DNA of 64,000 bases from Propionibacteriaceae bacterium UBA7704 (lineage in GTDB: Bacteria > Actinomycetota > Actinomycetes > Propionibacteriales > Propionibacteriaceae): NCBI GenBank assembly GCA_002482525.1, contig DLGC01000010.1:10834-74833 (forward strand), read 5' to 3'. Of this stretch, positions 17,011-25,841 are shown piece by piece (within the stretch, counting starts at the first letter, position 1; each line of letters begins with the position of its first letter). The notes beneath the pieces were generated by a model. The model did not search any database. It was given only the letters and a program-made list of their open reading frames with translations, and was not told the origin of the DNA. Position numbers and translations under genes: made by a program.

Positions 17011-18999
17011 GTGATCCTCTCCGACGGCACCCGGGCCGGATTCGCCCGCACCATAGCGCTCACCATCACCGCCCTCGCGTTAACGTTCTCCGGCACAATC
17101 CCGGCACAGGCCGACACCTCGACCCCGGTCAATGTCCCCGACGCTACGTTGCGGGCCTGCCTGACCACAGCGCTGTCCGACGCTCAACTCAGCACCGATC
17201 TCACCAATGAGAATCTGGTGCAACTCAAGAGAGTGGCCTGCTCGGCATCCCCAGACAAGCCGATCGCCAACCTGACCGGCATAGAGGCAGTTTCCGACGC
17301 TGACATCATTTTTCTGGGGCTGACAACCACCACGGATGTGTCGCCGCTATCCGGGCTCCTTGGCCTGACACAGCTAGCACTCACAGCCCCCAACCTCGAA
17401 TCCGCAGGGCCGCTGTTCCAGGTGTCCACGCTCACCGCACTCAATCTGGCCGCACCGAAGGTCACTGATCTCGATTTCCTGAGCACGATGCACGACCTCG
17501 AATACCTCGCACTCCAGGTCTCCCCCCAGGCTTCCTTCGAGAGATTCCCAGACCTGCCGTCGCTATCCAGATTCTCGCTGAACATCGACACCCCCACGCT
17601 CCCGGCACTAGTCCTACCCGCAAGCGTGACCTCCCTGACGGTGCGAGATGCGTCCCTGACTAGCTTGGTCAGCCTGCCGCAAGCGGCCGGTGCCACGTCA
17701 CTGACCGTGAGCTACGCACCGGAGCTGGCCGACCTCACCGGAGTCGAAGACCTCCCTCGGCTGCGCCAGCTCAGGCTGCCTGCTGGCAAGTACACCGACC
17801 TCACCCCGGTAAGCCAGCTCACGGCTTTGGAGGAGCTTCGAGACCCCGAGGCCGCCATTGGTGATGTGTCAGCGCTGGCATCGATGACGTCGCTGAGCAC
17901 TCTCGATCTGCATGGCAACCAGCTCACCGATCTCACCGCCCTGACCGGCCTGCCGAATCTGACGACGCTGGACGTCGCCAAGAACGGCCTCACGACGCTT
18001 GGAGCATCAGGAAGCCTGTCCCGGCTCTCCGAGCTATCTGCTTCCAGCAACAGTCTCACCTCGATCGACGCACTCACCGGCGCCCACCTCACCAGCGTCA
18101 ATCTCGACAGCAACCGTCTCACCAACGTTGCGCCCCTTGCCGCCGCAGCACCGGGAGCGTGGATCAGCATCCGGTGGAACGCATTGCGCGATCTCAGCCC
18201 CCTGCCCGACACGGCGACGGTCAACGCCTACGGACAGCAATCGATGCACCCGGGAATGGCGACGGTCGGCAAGCCTTTCGACCTGGGATTGCGCGATGTC
18301 GACGGGACACCCATCTGCCCAGACTTCGGCACTAAGGTCGCATGCACCGATGGTGCGGTTGCCTATCCGGTATCGGGCACCTATCAGGGCGAGGTCAGTA
18401 CCTCCGGCAGCAAGCTCAGCTTCAGCGTCACCCAACACGCCGGTCCCGACCGGGCGTTTGCCGCCACCTATGCCCCAACGCTGTTCGGCGAACCGATTGT
18501 CGGTATGGATGTTGTCTCCTGGGTGCGGAGTTGGTCACCGAAGGCGACCTTCACCTACCGGTGGTACCGCGATGGGAAAGCGATCACCGGTGCTGCGGCG
18601 ACCGACTTCTACTACAGGGCGGGCGTTGCCGATCTCGGACACAAGCTTTCGGTCTGCGTCATCGGTCGCTATGACGGCTTCACCCCCACGAAACGGTGCT
18701 CGACGCGCAGCAGCGCCGTCAAGAAGGGCACCTTCACCCGCATTCCCCGTCCGAAGGTCACCCACAGTGAACCGGTGAGGGTCGGCACCTCACTGGCCGT
18801 CAAGACCGGACGCTGGGACGCCGGGGTACGCCTGCATTACCAGTGGCTGCGCAACGGTCGGGTGATCAAGGGCGCAACGAAGGACACCTATCGGGTGCGG
18901 CGCGGTGATCGCCGGGATCTCATCACGGTGCGCGTCAGCGGGACGAAACGCGGCTACTACACCGAGCGTGTCATCGCAGCGTCCCACCGCGTCCGCTAG
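17011..18999 (+). CDS. Secreted internalin-like leucine-rich-repeat protein with two C-terminal Y-x-W Ig-like modules (LRR paralog 1)
   Basis: GTG start and signal peptide ending PAQA. About 22-residue LRRs (LDLHGNQLTDLTALTGLPNLTTLDVAKNGLTTL...). C-terminal modules FTYRWYRDGKAITGAAATDFYY...KLSVCV and LHYQWLRNGRVIKGATKDTYRV...ITVRVSG. Collinear with 35775..37676. Confidence 0.8.
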   Translation: MILSDGTRAGFARTIALTITALALTFSGTIPAQADTSTPVNVPDATLRACLTTALSDAQLSTDLTNENLVQLKRVACSASPDKPIANLTGIEAVSDADIIFLGLTTTTDVSPLSGLLGLTQLALTAPNLESAGPLFQVSTLTALNLAAPKVTDLDFLSTMHDLEYLALQVSPQASFERFPDLPSLSRFSLNIDTPTLPALVLPASVTSLTVRDASLTSLVSLPQAAGATSLTVSYAPELADLTGVEDLPRLRQLRLPAGKYTDLTPVSQLTALEELRDPEAAIGDVSALASMTSLSTLDLHGNQLTDLTALTGLPNLTTLDVAKNGLTTLGASGSLSRLSELSASSNSLTSIDALTGAHLTSVNLDSNRLTNVAPLAAAAPGAWISIRWNALRDLSPLPDTATVNAYGQQSMHPGMATVGKPFDLGLRDVDGTPICPDFGTKVACTDGAVAYPVSGTYQGEVSTSGSKLSFSVTQHAGPDRAFAATYAPTLFGEPIVGMDVVSWVRSWSPKATFTYRWYRDGKAITGAAATDFYYRAGVADLGHKLSVCVIGRYDGFTPTKRCSTRSSAVKKGTFTRIPRPKVTHSEPVRVGTSLAVKTGRWDAGVRLHYQWLRNGRVIKGATKDTYRVRRGDRRDLITVRVSGTKRGYYTERVIAASHRVR

Positions 19000-20669
19000 G
19001 CGGCCGGTGTCGGCGAGGGCGACGGCTGAGCGGTGACCGCCGTCGGCTCGGTGTCGACGACCAAGACCACGCCGTCGCCGACAGCCCACCGTGTCCCTGC
19101 CGCGGGCTGCGTCCTGGCGACCACCAGCGTCGGGCTGGCGTTGTCGGGCACGCTGAAACCTGTGGTGGTCAGCAGCGTCCGAGCCGCCGCCACACTCATT
19201 CCGGCGACTGGGGGCACCCGGTTGTAGCCGGTGGCGAGCGTCACATCCACAGAATCCCCCACGGCGACCGCGGTGCCGGAAGCTGGTGATTGCGCCAATA
19301 CCCGGCCGGCGGGCTCGGCGGAGTCTTTGATGCGCACTCGTCCGACCTCCAAACCGACGGCCCGGAGGGCCGCCTGCGCCGAGGCGAGGTCCCCATACAG
19401 GGCAGGGACCTGCACCTGGGCAGGGCTCGAGGCGGGCGTGTCCTTGCCGCGGGGGCTCACCGTCGGAGTCGGCGTGCTCGATGGTGTGGCACTTGCAGCC
19501 GTCGGCATCGGCATGGCTGCCAGTGAGCCCGAACCAGCCATTCCCAAACCGATCCACGCCACGACGGCAATAGCCAATGCCGCGATCAACACCGGTCCAA
19601 TCAGGCGCGCCAGGCTAGACCCGGCTTCCGCACTCGGAGTGGACGGCGGTGCCAATGTCGCCGATGGCACCGGGGCGAGGGTCTGCCGGGTCGCCGGCGA
19701 CGGGCGTTCCCACGACGCTTCCATCACCCGCGTCGGCCCATCCGTGGGACGCACCGTCACCGCAGCCAGCAGCGCCTGTCGAAACTCCTCGGCATTGGCG
19801 AAACGGCCCTCGGCAGTGGTGGCCAGGGCTTTCACCACGACCCGGTCGAGCCGCCGAGCGGACGGCAGCAACGCCGACGGCACTGGCGGCGGATCCGTCA
19901 GCCGGGCGCGGAGCGTCTCGGCCATCGTGGCACGATGAAATGGCGGCTGACCGGTCAACAGGAAGTGCAGCACCGCACCGGCCTGGTAGAGATCGCTCGC
20001 CGGCCCGACCGTGCCTCCGGATGCCTGCTCCGGTGAGAGGTATGCCACGCTGCCGACAATGGTGGTGGCCGAGCGTTGGCCGGTGGTGAGCAGCACATCG
20101 TCTCCGACCACGGTGCCGCCGGCCGCATCGGCCAGCCCGAAGTCAACCAGCCGGACTGCAGCGGCGGTGATCACCTGATCAGGTGCGACATCGTGCAGGA
20201 TCACATTGCCGGGCGCGACGTCGCGGTGTACCAGCCCGGTGTCGTGGGCTGCCTGCAGGCCGCTCAAAAGCCCATCCATGACCGCCGCCGCCTGATACGG
20301 GCCCATCGGCCCACGCTCGGCCACCCATTCGGCCACGGTGGGCCCGTCAACCGCCTCCAAGGCGATCCAGGCCCTCGGCGTCGCACCAATATCGCGCAGG
20401 CCGCTGGCATATACCGCAGCAACATTGGACTGGTTCACCTCGGCGAGGCGTCCGGCTTCACGCAGAAAGGCCTCCCGGAGCGCCTGGTTCTCACTCAGGG
20501 CCGGGTGCAGCACCTTCAGCGCGACGACCCTCGGTTGGCCCTGCGCATCGAGCTGACCGAAATCCTCACAGCGGTAGACCGCCGCGGAGCCGCCAGCACC
20601 GAGGAGCTCACCGATCTGGAACCGGCCGCCGAACAGTGTCGGCTCCGGCCCGTCGGGCGAGCTGGTCAT
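18996..20669 (-). CDS. Hanks-type Ser/Thr protein kinase with one TM segment and two extracellular PASTA domains; non-canonical catalytic loop
   Basis: Trimmed to ATG 20669 (ATGA overlap with the upstream stop). Motifs LGAGGSAAVY, VALKVL, HRDVAPGN, DFG, SPE. TM segment LIGPVLIAALAIAVVAWIGLGMAG. Two PASTA-like repeats follow (VQVPALYGDLASAQAALRAVGL..., VPPVAGMSVAAARTLLTTTGF...). Confidence 0.85.
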   Translation of the reverse strand: MTSSPDGPEPTLFGGRFQIGELLGAGGSAAVYRCEDFGQLDAQGQPRVVALKVLHPALSENQALREAFLREAGRLAEVNQSNVAAVYASGLRDIGATPRAWIALEAVDGPTVAEWVAERGPMGPYQAAAVMDGLLSGLQAAHDTGLVHRDVAPGNVILHDVAPDQVITAAAVRLVDFGLADAAGGTVVGDDVLLTTGQRSATTIVGSVAYLSPEQASGGTVGPASDLYQAGAVLHFLLTGQPPFHRATMAETLRARLTDPPPVPSALLPSARRLDRVVVKALATTAEGRFANAEEFRQALLAAVTVRPTDGPTRVMEASWERPSPATRQTLAPVPSATLAPPSTPSAEAGSSLARLIGPVLIAALAIAVVAWIGLGMAGSGSLAAMPMPTAASATPSSTPTPTVSPRGKDTPASSPAQVQVPALYGDLASAQAALRAVGLEVGRVRIKDSAEPAGRVLAQSPASGTAVAVGDSVDVTLATGYNRVPPVAGMSVAAARTLLTTTGFSVPDNASPTLVVARTQPAAGTRWAVGDGVVLVVDTEPTAVTAQPSPSPTPAA

Positions 20670-21445
20670 GACGCCGCCGCGGCGTAGTCGTTGGCGAGTC
20701 TGCGCACCCGATCCACATAATCCGAGGAGTGGTTGTAAGCCCAGATCGCGCGCGTCCAGCCCGAGGAGGTGTTCAATGCGCCGCCAGCAGCGCACAGGTA
20801 GTCGGCCGCGGTCAGCGTCGCATCGTCGATCTGATCCGGATCGGCCACGCCGTCACCACTGCCGTCGCGTCCCCACGTGCGCCAGGTCGACGGCAGGAAC
20901 TGCATCGGCCCGACCGCGCGATCCCACTGGGGGTCGCCGTCGAGGCTGCCCTGGTCGCTGTCGGTGATCCGCGCAGTGTGCCTGCCGTCCAGTCGAGGCC
21001 CGCGGATCGCCGGCTCGGCCCGGCCGGTCGCGTCCAGCACCGCGCCGTCATGGCTGCCATGGCCGGATTCCACCGCTCCGATCGCAGCCAGGGTGTTCCA
21101 GCCGATTCGGCACGACGGCTTGTCGGTGCGCAGGGCCAGATCGGCAGCCGCGTAGGCCAGCACGGCCCGTTGTGGAATGCCGGTCACGCCGGCAACGCGC
21201 TGAGCCCAGGCCGGCGACACCTGCGCCACGTCGGTTCGGCTGGGCTCGGCATCAGCCTTGGCAGGCGACGCCGCCATTGACGGCTCCACGACGACGCCGG
21301 CTTCCGAGTCAGGCCCGGACGCGACGATTGCCGAGGTGCGTGACAGGTTGACCCCCGCGAGCAACGCGACCACGATGACCGCAGCCCCCGCAACGGTCAC
21401 CACCGGACGCCACCAGCCGGCGCGCCGCTCAGCCGAATCGTCCAT
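20666..21445 (-). CDS. Membrane-anchored lytic transglycosylase (SLT_2-like)
   Basis: N-terminal TM segment. [12 protein letters not shown] carries the catalytic Glu; [14 protein letters not shown] and AYNHSSDYV follow. The start overlaps the pstB stop by 17 nt, and the stop forms an ATGA overlap with the kinase start. Confidence 0.8.
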   Translation of the reverse strand: MDDSAERRAGWWRPVVTVAGAAVIVVALLAGVNLSRTSAIVASGPDSEAGVVVEPSMAASPAKADAEPSRTDVAQVSPAWAQRVAGVTGIPQRAVLAYAAADLALRTDKPSCRIGWNTLAAIGAVESGHGSHDGAVLDATGRAEPAIRGPRLDGRHTARITDSDQGSLDGDPQWDRAVGPMQFLPSTWRTWGRDGSGDGVADPDQIDDATLTAADYLCAAGGALNTSSGWTRAIWAYNHSSDYVDRVRRLANDYAAAAS

Positions 21446-22322
21446 TGACGTAGTCGAAGGTTCGTTCGTCGACCGGATCGGTGAACATCGCCTCGGTGTC
21501 GCCGTGTTCGACGATGACGCCCGGGGCGCCCTGCGCAGCCAGGAAGAAGGCGCACTTCTGCGATACCCGCTGAGCCTGTTGCATGTTGTGGGTGACGATC
21601 ACAATGGTGACTTCGCTGCGCAGCTCGGTCATGGTGTCCTCGATCACCCGGGTGCTGGTGGGATCCAAAGCCGAGCACGGCTCGTCCATGAGGAGCACCT
21701 TGGGCTTCACCGCCAAGGAGCGGGCGATACACAGCCGCTGCTGCTGGCCACCGGAGAGGCCACCGCCGGGCTGACGAAGCCGGTCGCGGACCTCTTTCCA
21801 CAGCCCCGCCGAGGTCAACGAGCGCTGCACGATCTCGTCTTTCTCGTCGCGCCCGGCTCGGCGTCCGGTGAGCTTCAGACCGGCGATGACGTTGTCGTAG
21901 ATGCTCATCGCCGGGAACGGGTTCGGCTTCTGGAAGACCATGCCGATGTCTTTGCGGGCGTCGGTGAGCTTGCGATCTCGGTCGTAGATGTCATCGCCGT
22001 CCAGGAGCACCTCCCCGGCCATGCTGGCCGAAGGGATCAGCTCGTGCATCCGGTTGAGGATCCGCAGGAAGGTGGACTTTCCACAGCCCGAGGGGCCGAT
22101 GAGCGCGGTGACCTCTCCGGCCGGCATGACCAAGGAGACCCGATCCAAGACCTTGTGGGACCCGAACCAGGCCGACACCGAGCGGGCGTCGATGCTGGAC
22201 AGCTGACGCACGTCCGCAGTCGGGACCGACGACTGGAGGGGAACCGTCTCGGTCACCGCCGACGCCTCGTCGGGCTCGACGAGACGTCGGAGCGATTCCC
22301 GCAGCGGAGCGGAGTTGGTCAT
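21429..22322 (-). CDS. pstB: Phosphate ABC transporter ATP-binding protein
   Basis: Walker [20 protein letters not shown], signature LSGGQQQR, Walker [13 protein letters not shown], and the PstB-type C-terminus [12 protein letters not shown] 22322 has an AAGGA SD. An alternative ATG at 22370 would form an ATGA overlap with the upstream stop. Confidence 0.9.
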   Translation of the reverse strand: MTNSAPLRESLRRLVEPDEASAVTETVPLQSSVPTADVRQLSSIDARSVSAWFGSHKVLDRVSLVMPAGEVTALIGPSGCGKSTFLRILNRMHELIPSASMAGEVLLDGDDIYDRDRKLTDARKDIGMVFQKPNPFPAMSIYDNVIAGLKLTGRRAGRDEKDEIVQRSLTSAGLWKEVRDRLRQPGGGLSGGQQQRLCIARSLAVKPKVLLMDEPCSALDPTSTRVIEDTMTELRSEVTIVIVTHNMQQAQRVSQKCAFFLAAQGAPGVIVEHGDTEAMFTDPVDERTFDYVNGRFG

Positions 22323-22366
22323 CAATGGATCCTTATCAGGGGCGAAATCGTTGGGTAGGGGCAGGC

Positions 22367-23356
22367 TCATAACAGGTTCGGCAAGGTGTCGACGATCAAC
22401 GTGGTGGCGATGACGCCGGCCGCGAGCAGCACCGGCGCCCCGATCAGCCAGGCCCAACGCCAACCCCAGCGTCGCCACAGCCACGCCGTCGCGCCGATGA
22501 GGGCAGCCAACGCCACGGTCGCGGCGATCGCCAGCGGCCAGCCGGACGCATCACTTCCCAGGGCACGTTCCTCACTCGGCAGCGCCGGGTAGGTCAACAC
22601 CCGGGCCGAAGCTGGCTGCACGGTCGTGGATTGGGTGGCGTCGATGTACAGCACACCGGTGGGGAACAGCGGCGGTCCGTCGGCGGTGATGAGTTCGAGG
22701 CGGCCTTCGCCGGCAGCGCCGTCGGCCGGTAGCGGATCACCGGCGCGGCGCAGCCCGAAGACGGTGTAGCCGGCCACCCCTTGCCCGGTGGTCACCGTCA
22801 GGGTGTCGCCGGGCTGAAGCCGTCCCAGATTCGCGAAGGGCCCGCCGTAGCTGGTCTGGCGCCCCATGATCACCGAGGTTCCCGCCTGCCCGGGCATCAC
22901 AGTGTCGCGCCGGTGACCGGGGCCTGAGCGCAGCACGGCCGCGGTCGTTCCTTCCCGGATGACCTCCGAGAGGCCCAGCCGCGGAATCTGCAGCAAGGCC
23001 ACCGGAGTGCCCGCCTCGACCAGGTCGCCGTTGACATCCAACTGCCCGACCGGGGTTTCACCCTTGGCCAGTGACGAGCGCAGCTCGTCGTAGCCGTCGA
23101 CCAGATCGCGTTGATGCTGCAGGCCGGAGAACACCACCGCCTGAGCGAAGAAGCTCAGCAGCAGCACCGAAATCGCAGTGATCGCCACCCCGGCTGCCCA
23201 CCGGGCGTCCCGGGGTGCCAGCGGACGCGGCGGCTTGGGCTTGGGATAGCGGACTCGGCGCCACCAGGCCAACAGGCGGGCTCGCACCGTGATGCGCACC
23301 GGTTTGGTCTGCTCATCGTCGTGCACCGGTGGCAGAGCGGTAAGAGTTCCGGTCAC
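22367..23356 (-). CDS. Sortase-fold membrane protein lacking the catalytic His and Cys (predicted pseudo-sortase)
   Basis: GTG 23356 forms a GTGA overlap with the upstream stop. Collinear with class E sortases as I recall them: [34 protein letters not shown] (expected ..GHR..), [14 protein letters not shown] (expected L.L.TC). No Cys anywhere in the 329 aa. One N-terminal and two C-terminal TM segments. Confidence 0.7.
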   Translation of the reverse strand: MTGTLTALPPVHDDEQTKPVRITVRARLLAWWRRVRYPKPKPPRPLAPRDARWAAGVAITAISVLLLSFFAQAVVFSGLQHQRDLVDGYDELRSSLAKGETPVGQLDVNGDLVEAGTPVALLQIPRLGLSEVIREGTTAAVLRSGPGHRRDTVMPGQAGTSVIMGRQTSYGGPFANLGRLQPGDTLTVTTGQGVAGYTVFGLRRAGDPLPADGAAGEGRLELITADGPPLFPTGVLYIDATQSTTVQPASARVLTYPALPSEERALGSDASGWPLAIAATVALAALIGATAWLWRRWGWRWAWLIGAPVLLAAGVIATTLIVDTLPNLL

Positions 23357-23976
23357 GATTCCTCCTGTCCGTGGCGCTGCCAGAGCTGGACGGCGAGCCA
23401 TCCCACCGATGCGAGCACGACGATGCCGGCCGCGAGTGCGGCCCAGCCGACCCAGGAGGGGTAGGCCGTGCCCGGCCAGGTGCCGGCGCCGATGCGTCCG
23501 ACGAGGAGTCGTCCCACGGCGACTCGATTTGCGCACCAGCCGGTGAACTGCACGGTGTGCCAGCCGGCGAGCGCGGATTCGGGGACGGTGAGGTCGACGC
23601 GGATTCGGCCCTTGCGGTCGGCGATCACCGTCTTCGGTGCGCCGCCGGTGCCATAGAGCACGACCTGGACCTTCTCCTTGGCTGTGAATCCGGTGGCGCG
23701 AGCCTGGGTTCGACCGCCGGCAGCGACGACGGGCTCGGTGAAGGTGACCGGAGCACCGGTGCTGGCCGGCTGGGGTTGAAGCTGTGGTTTGGCACTGCAG
23801 TGAGTGCTGGTGCTGGGGGCGTCACTGGCCGGTTCGGCGGGCTGACGAGGGCTGTCGGCGACAGCGGAGGTCGCCACGACGGCGGCCAGCAGCAGCGCAG
23901 CAACGGCCACCGCCAGTGCGGTGGCCACCGTCGAACCGATCCGTCGGCTCGACGTCAACAGAACCTGCCAACTCAT
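23353..23976 (-). CDS. Small secreted protein with a beta-sandwich-like domain and a C-terminal TM anchor
   Basis: GGAGGTGA SD. Signal peptide ending SAVA-DSP and a Pro/Gln-rich linker. Domain FTAKEKVQVVLYG...GRIRVDLTVPE...GWHTVQFTGWC, then the C-terminal helix WVGWAALAAGIVVLASVGWLAV. Confidence 0.6.
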   Translation of the reverse strand: MSWQVLLTSSRRIGSTVATALAVAVAALLLAAVVATSAVADSPRQPAEPASDAPSTSTHCSAKPQLQPQPASTGAPVTFTEPVVAAGGRTQARATGFTAKEKVQVVLYGTGGAPKTVIADRKGRIRVDLTVPESALAGWHTVQFTGWCANRVAVGRLLVGRIGAGTWPGTAYPSWVGWAALAAGIVVLASVGWLAVQLWQRHGQEES

Positions 23977-24047
23977 CAGGTCGAATCACCTCCAGCCCGG
24001 TGGCCGCCCCCACGACAGAGGGCGGCCACCGGTTGATCAATCAGGAA

Positions 24048-25691
24048 TCACTTGACCTTGAGCGTCAGCGTGCGCGAGGAGCTCGCCACGCCGGTGCTGC
24101 CGGAGTAGGTGATCTTCATCTTGTGCTTGCCCTTGGACAGCTTCTTGGTCAGCTTGACGGTGACGATGCCCTTCTTGGAGGTGGTCACCTTGGCGCTACC
24201 GACCTTCTTCTTGCCGTCATAGACGTTCACAGTTCCGGTCGGAGCGGTCACACCGGACGCGGTGACGGTGATCTTCACCTTGCCCTTCTTGGCGTGCTTC
24301 TTGGCGTTCTTGTCGAAGCTGGCCTTGACCGAGGAGCTGATCTTGGCGACTGCAACCTTGGCGGTGGTGGCCGACGCGGAGACCGAACCGGCGTTGGCGA
24401 CGATCGCGACCGAGATCGAGGTGCCGGCATCAGCGGCGGTCAGCTTGTAGCTGGCAGCGGTGGCGCCGGTGATGGTCGCACCGTTACGCATCCAGCGGTA
24501 GCTGAACGTCGGCTTGGTGACGGTTCCGGTCCAGGTGCCCGCGAAGGCGGTGAGGGTGGAACCGACCTTGGCCGAACCGTTGATGCGAGGAGCCGCGGTG
24601 GCGGTGAGCATCGGCGTAGATCCGTCGACGACGAAGCCGGCCTTCTGGGTGGTGGTACCACAGCCGGAGCCGAGGTCGCCGAAGCCGTACTCGTGGATGA
24701 CGGCCACCTGCGAGCAGACCGCGGAGGTCTCACCGACGAAGGTGGACTGCAGCAGCTTGTCGGCGTCGCTGGTGCCACTCAAACGGTCGGTGGACACCAC
24801 GTTGTACACATTGCGCGTCACCGAGAACGCAGTGTTCAGGGTGCCATCGCCCAGGATCGGATCGGAACCGGCGATCTTGCCCAGGATCACCTTGTTGGCG
24901 CCGACGGTGTTGGTGACGACCCCGTTGGTCTGCGCGATGTAGGCCGCAACCGAGAAGGGTGCGATCTCGCCGACAGCATCAATCGTGGTGCCTTCATTCT
25001 CCTGGAAGGTGGTGGTGATCCACGCAACCTGAGTCTCAGACAGGCCCAGGGTCTTCAGGAAGAAGGAGCGGCTGCCCGAACCCGTCTGCGGCAGCAGCGG
25101 GACGTAGTTGTGGCTCAACCCGTCGGTACCGGTGTAGCTGGTCGTTGTGCCGTCGAAGATGGCGGTCAACTGGGCCACGGTCAGATCCGAGGGCACCGCG
25201 GCTGCCGAGTCGGTGTTGGAGTAGGCGTAGCTCAGCGCATCCTTGGCGAAGGGGATGAAGGTGAGATCGGTACCGGCAGCCGAGGGCCCGCTCGACGAAC
25301 GCGAGTAGTCCAACTGGCCGGTGATGTCGACGCCGTTCGCCGCCGGGTAGGTCAGGCCCTTGATGGATGAGGTGAGCGCCTTCTGTCCGGAGCCCGATCC
25401 GTTCGGGCGAGTGAAGGGCAGGCCGTCCGCGCGGGTCTGGATGAGGTCGCCAGGCAGACCGGTGGTCGGATTGACGGCATCGTAGGAGCCGAGAATCTTG
25501 TTGCCCGAGCCGTCCTTGATCGCGTCAGCCATCCCATTCATTACCGACTGGGTGGTGTCGCTGCCGACACCGACCAGGGGCCGGTAGGTGGGCGTGCCCG
25601 AAGGGTCGGCGTAAGCGGGTGCCACGCCGAAGGCCACCGTGCACGCGAGTGCACCGGTGAGCACGCTGAGAGCCAGCTTGTTGGCTTTCAT
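24048..25691 (-). CDS. Secreted PstS-superfamily (PBP type 2) protein fused to a Y-x-W module and a bacterial Ig-like domain
   Basis: Trimmed to ATG 25691 (AAGGGAG SD). Signal peptide ending PAYA. PBP motifs VGVGSDTTQ, NGSGSGQKAL, LPQTGSGSRSFF. Then FSYRWMRNGATITGATAASYKLTAADAGTSISV and a Lys-rich Ig-like C-terminus (KVKITVTASG...KMKITYSG). No membrane anchor. Confidence 0.75.
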   Translation of the reverse strand: MKANKLALSVLTGALACTVAFGVAPAYADPSGTPTYRPLVGVGSDTTQSVMNGMADAIKDGSGNKILGSYDAVNPTTGLPGDLIQTRADGLPFTRPNGSGSGQKALTSSIKGLTYPAANGVDITGQLDYSRSSSGPSAAGTDLTFIPFAKDALSYAYSNTDSAAAVPSDLTVAQLTAIFDGTTTSYTGTDGLSHNYVPLLPQTGSGSRSFFLKTLGLSETQVAWITTTFQENEGTTIDAVGEIAPFSVAAYIAQTNGVVTNTVGANKVILGKIAGSDPILGDGTLNTAFSVTRNVYNVVSTDRLSGTSDADKLLQSTFVGETSAVCSQVAVIHEYGFGDLGSGCGTTTQKAGFVVDGSTPMLTATAAPRINGSAKVGSTLTAFAGTWTGTVTKPTFSYRWMRNGATITGATAASYKLTAADAGTSISVAIVANAGSVSASATTAKVAVAKISSSVKASFDKNAKKHAKKGKVKITVTASGVTAPTGTVNVYDGKKKVGSAKVTTSKKGIVTVKLTKKLSKGKHKMKITYSGSTGVASSSRTLTLKVK

Positions 25692-25841
25692 TCGAATCTC
25701 CCTTAGAGTTTCAGTTTCGGACAACCTTCTGGCTGCCTCGAACTCCCCCATCCCGAGTAATGCTTTCCACGGCTATCGGGATGGGGGTTCTTCCGTTCCA
25801 CGGCTGGTGCCGAAGCGGGAAGTTGTAGGGGCTGCGTCGAC

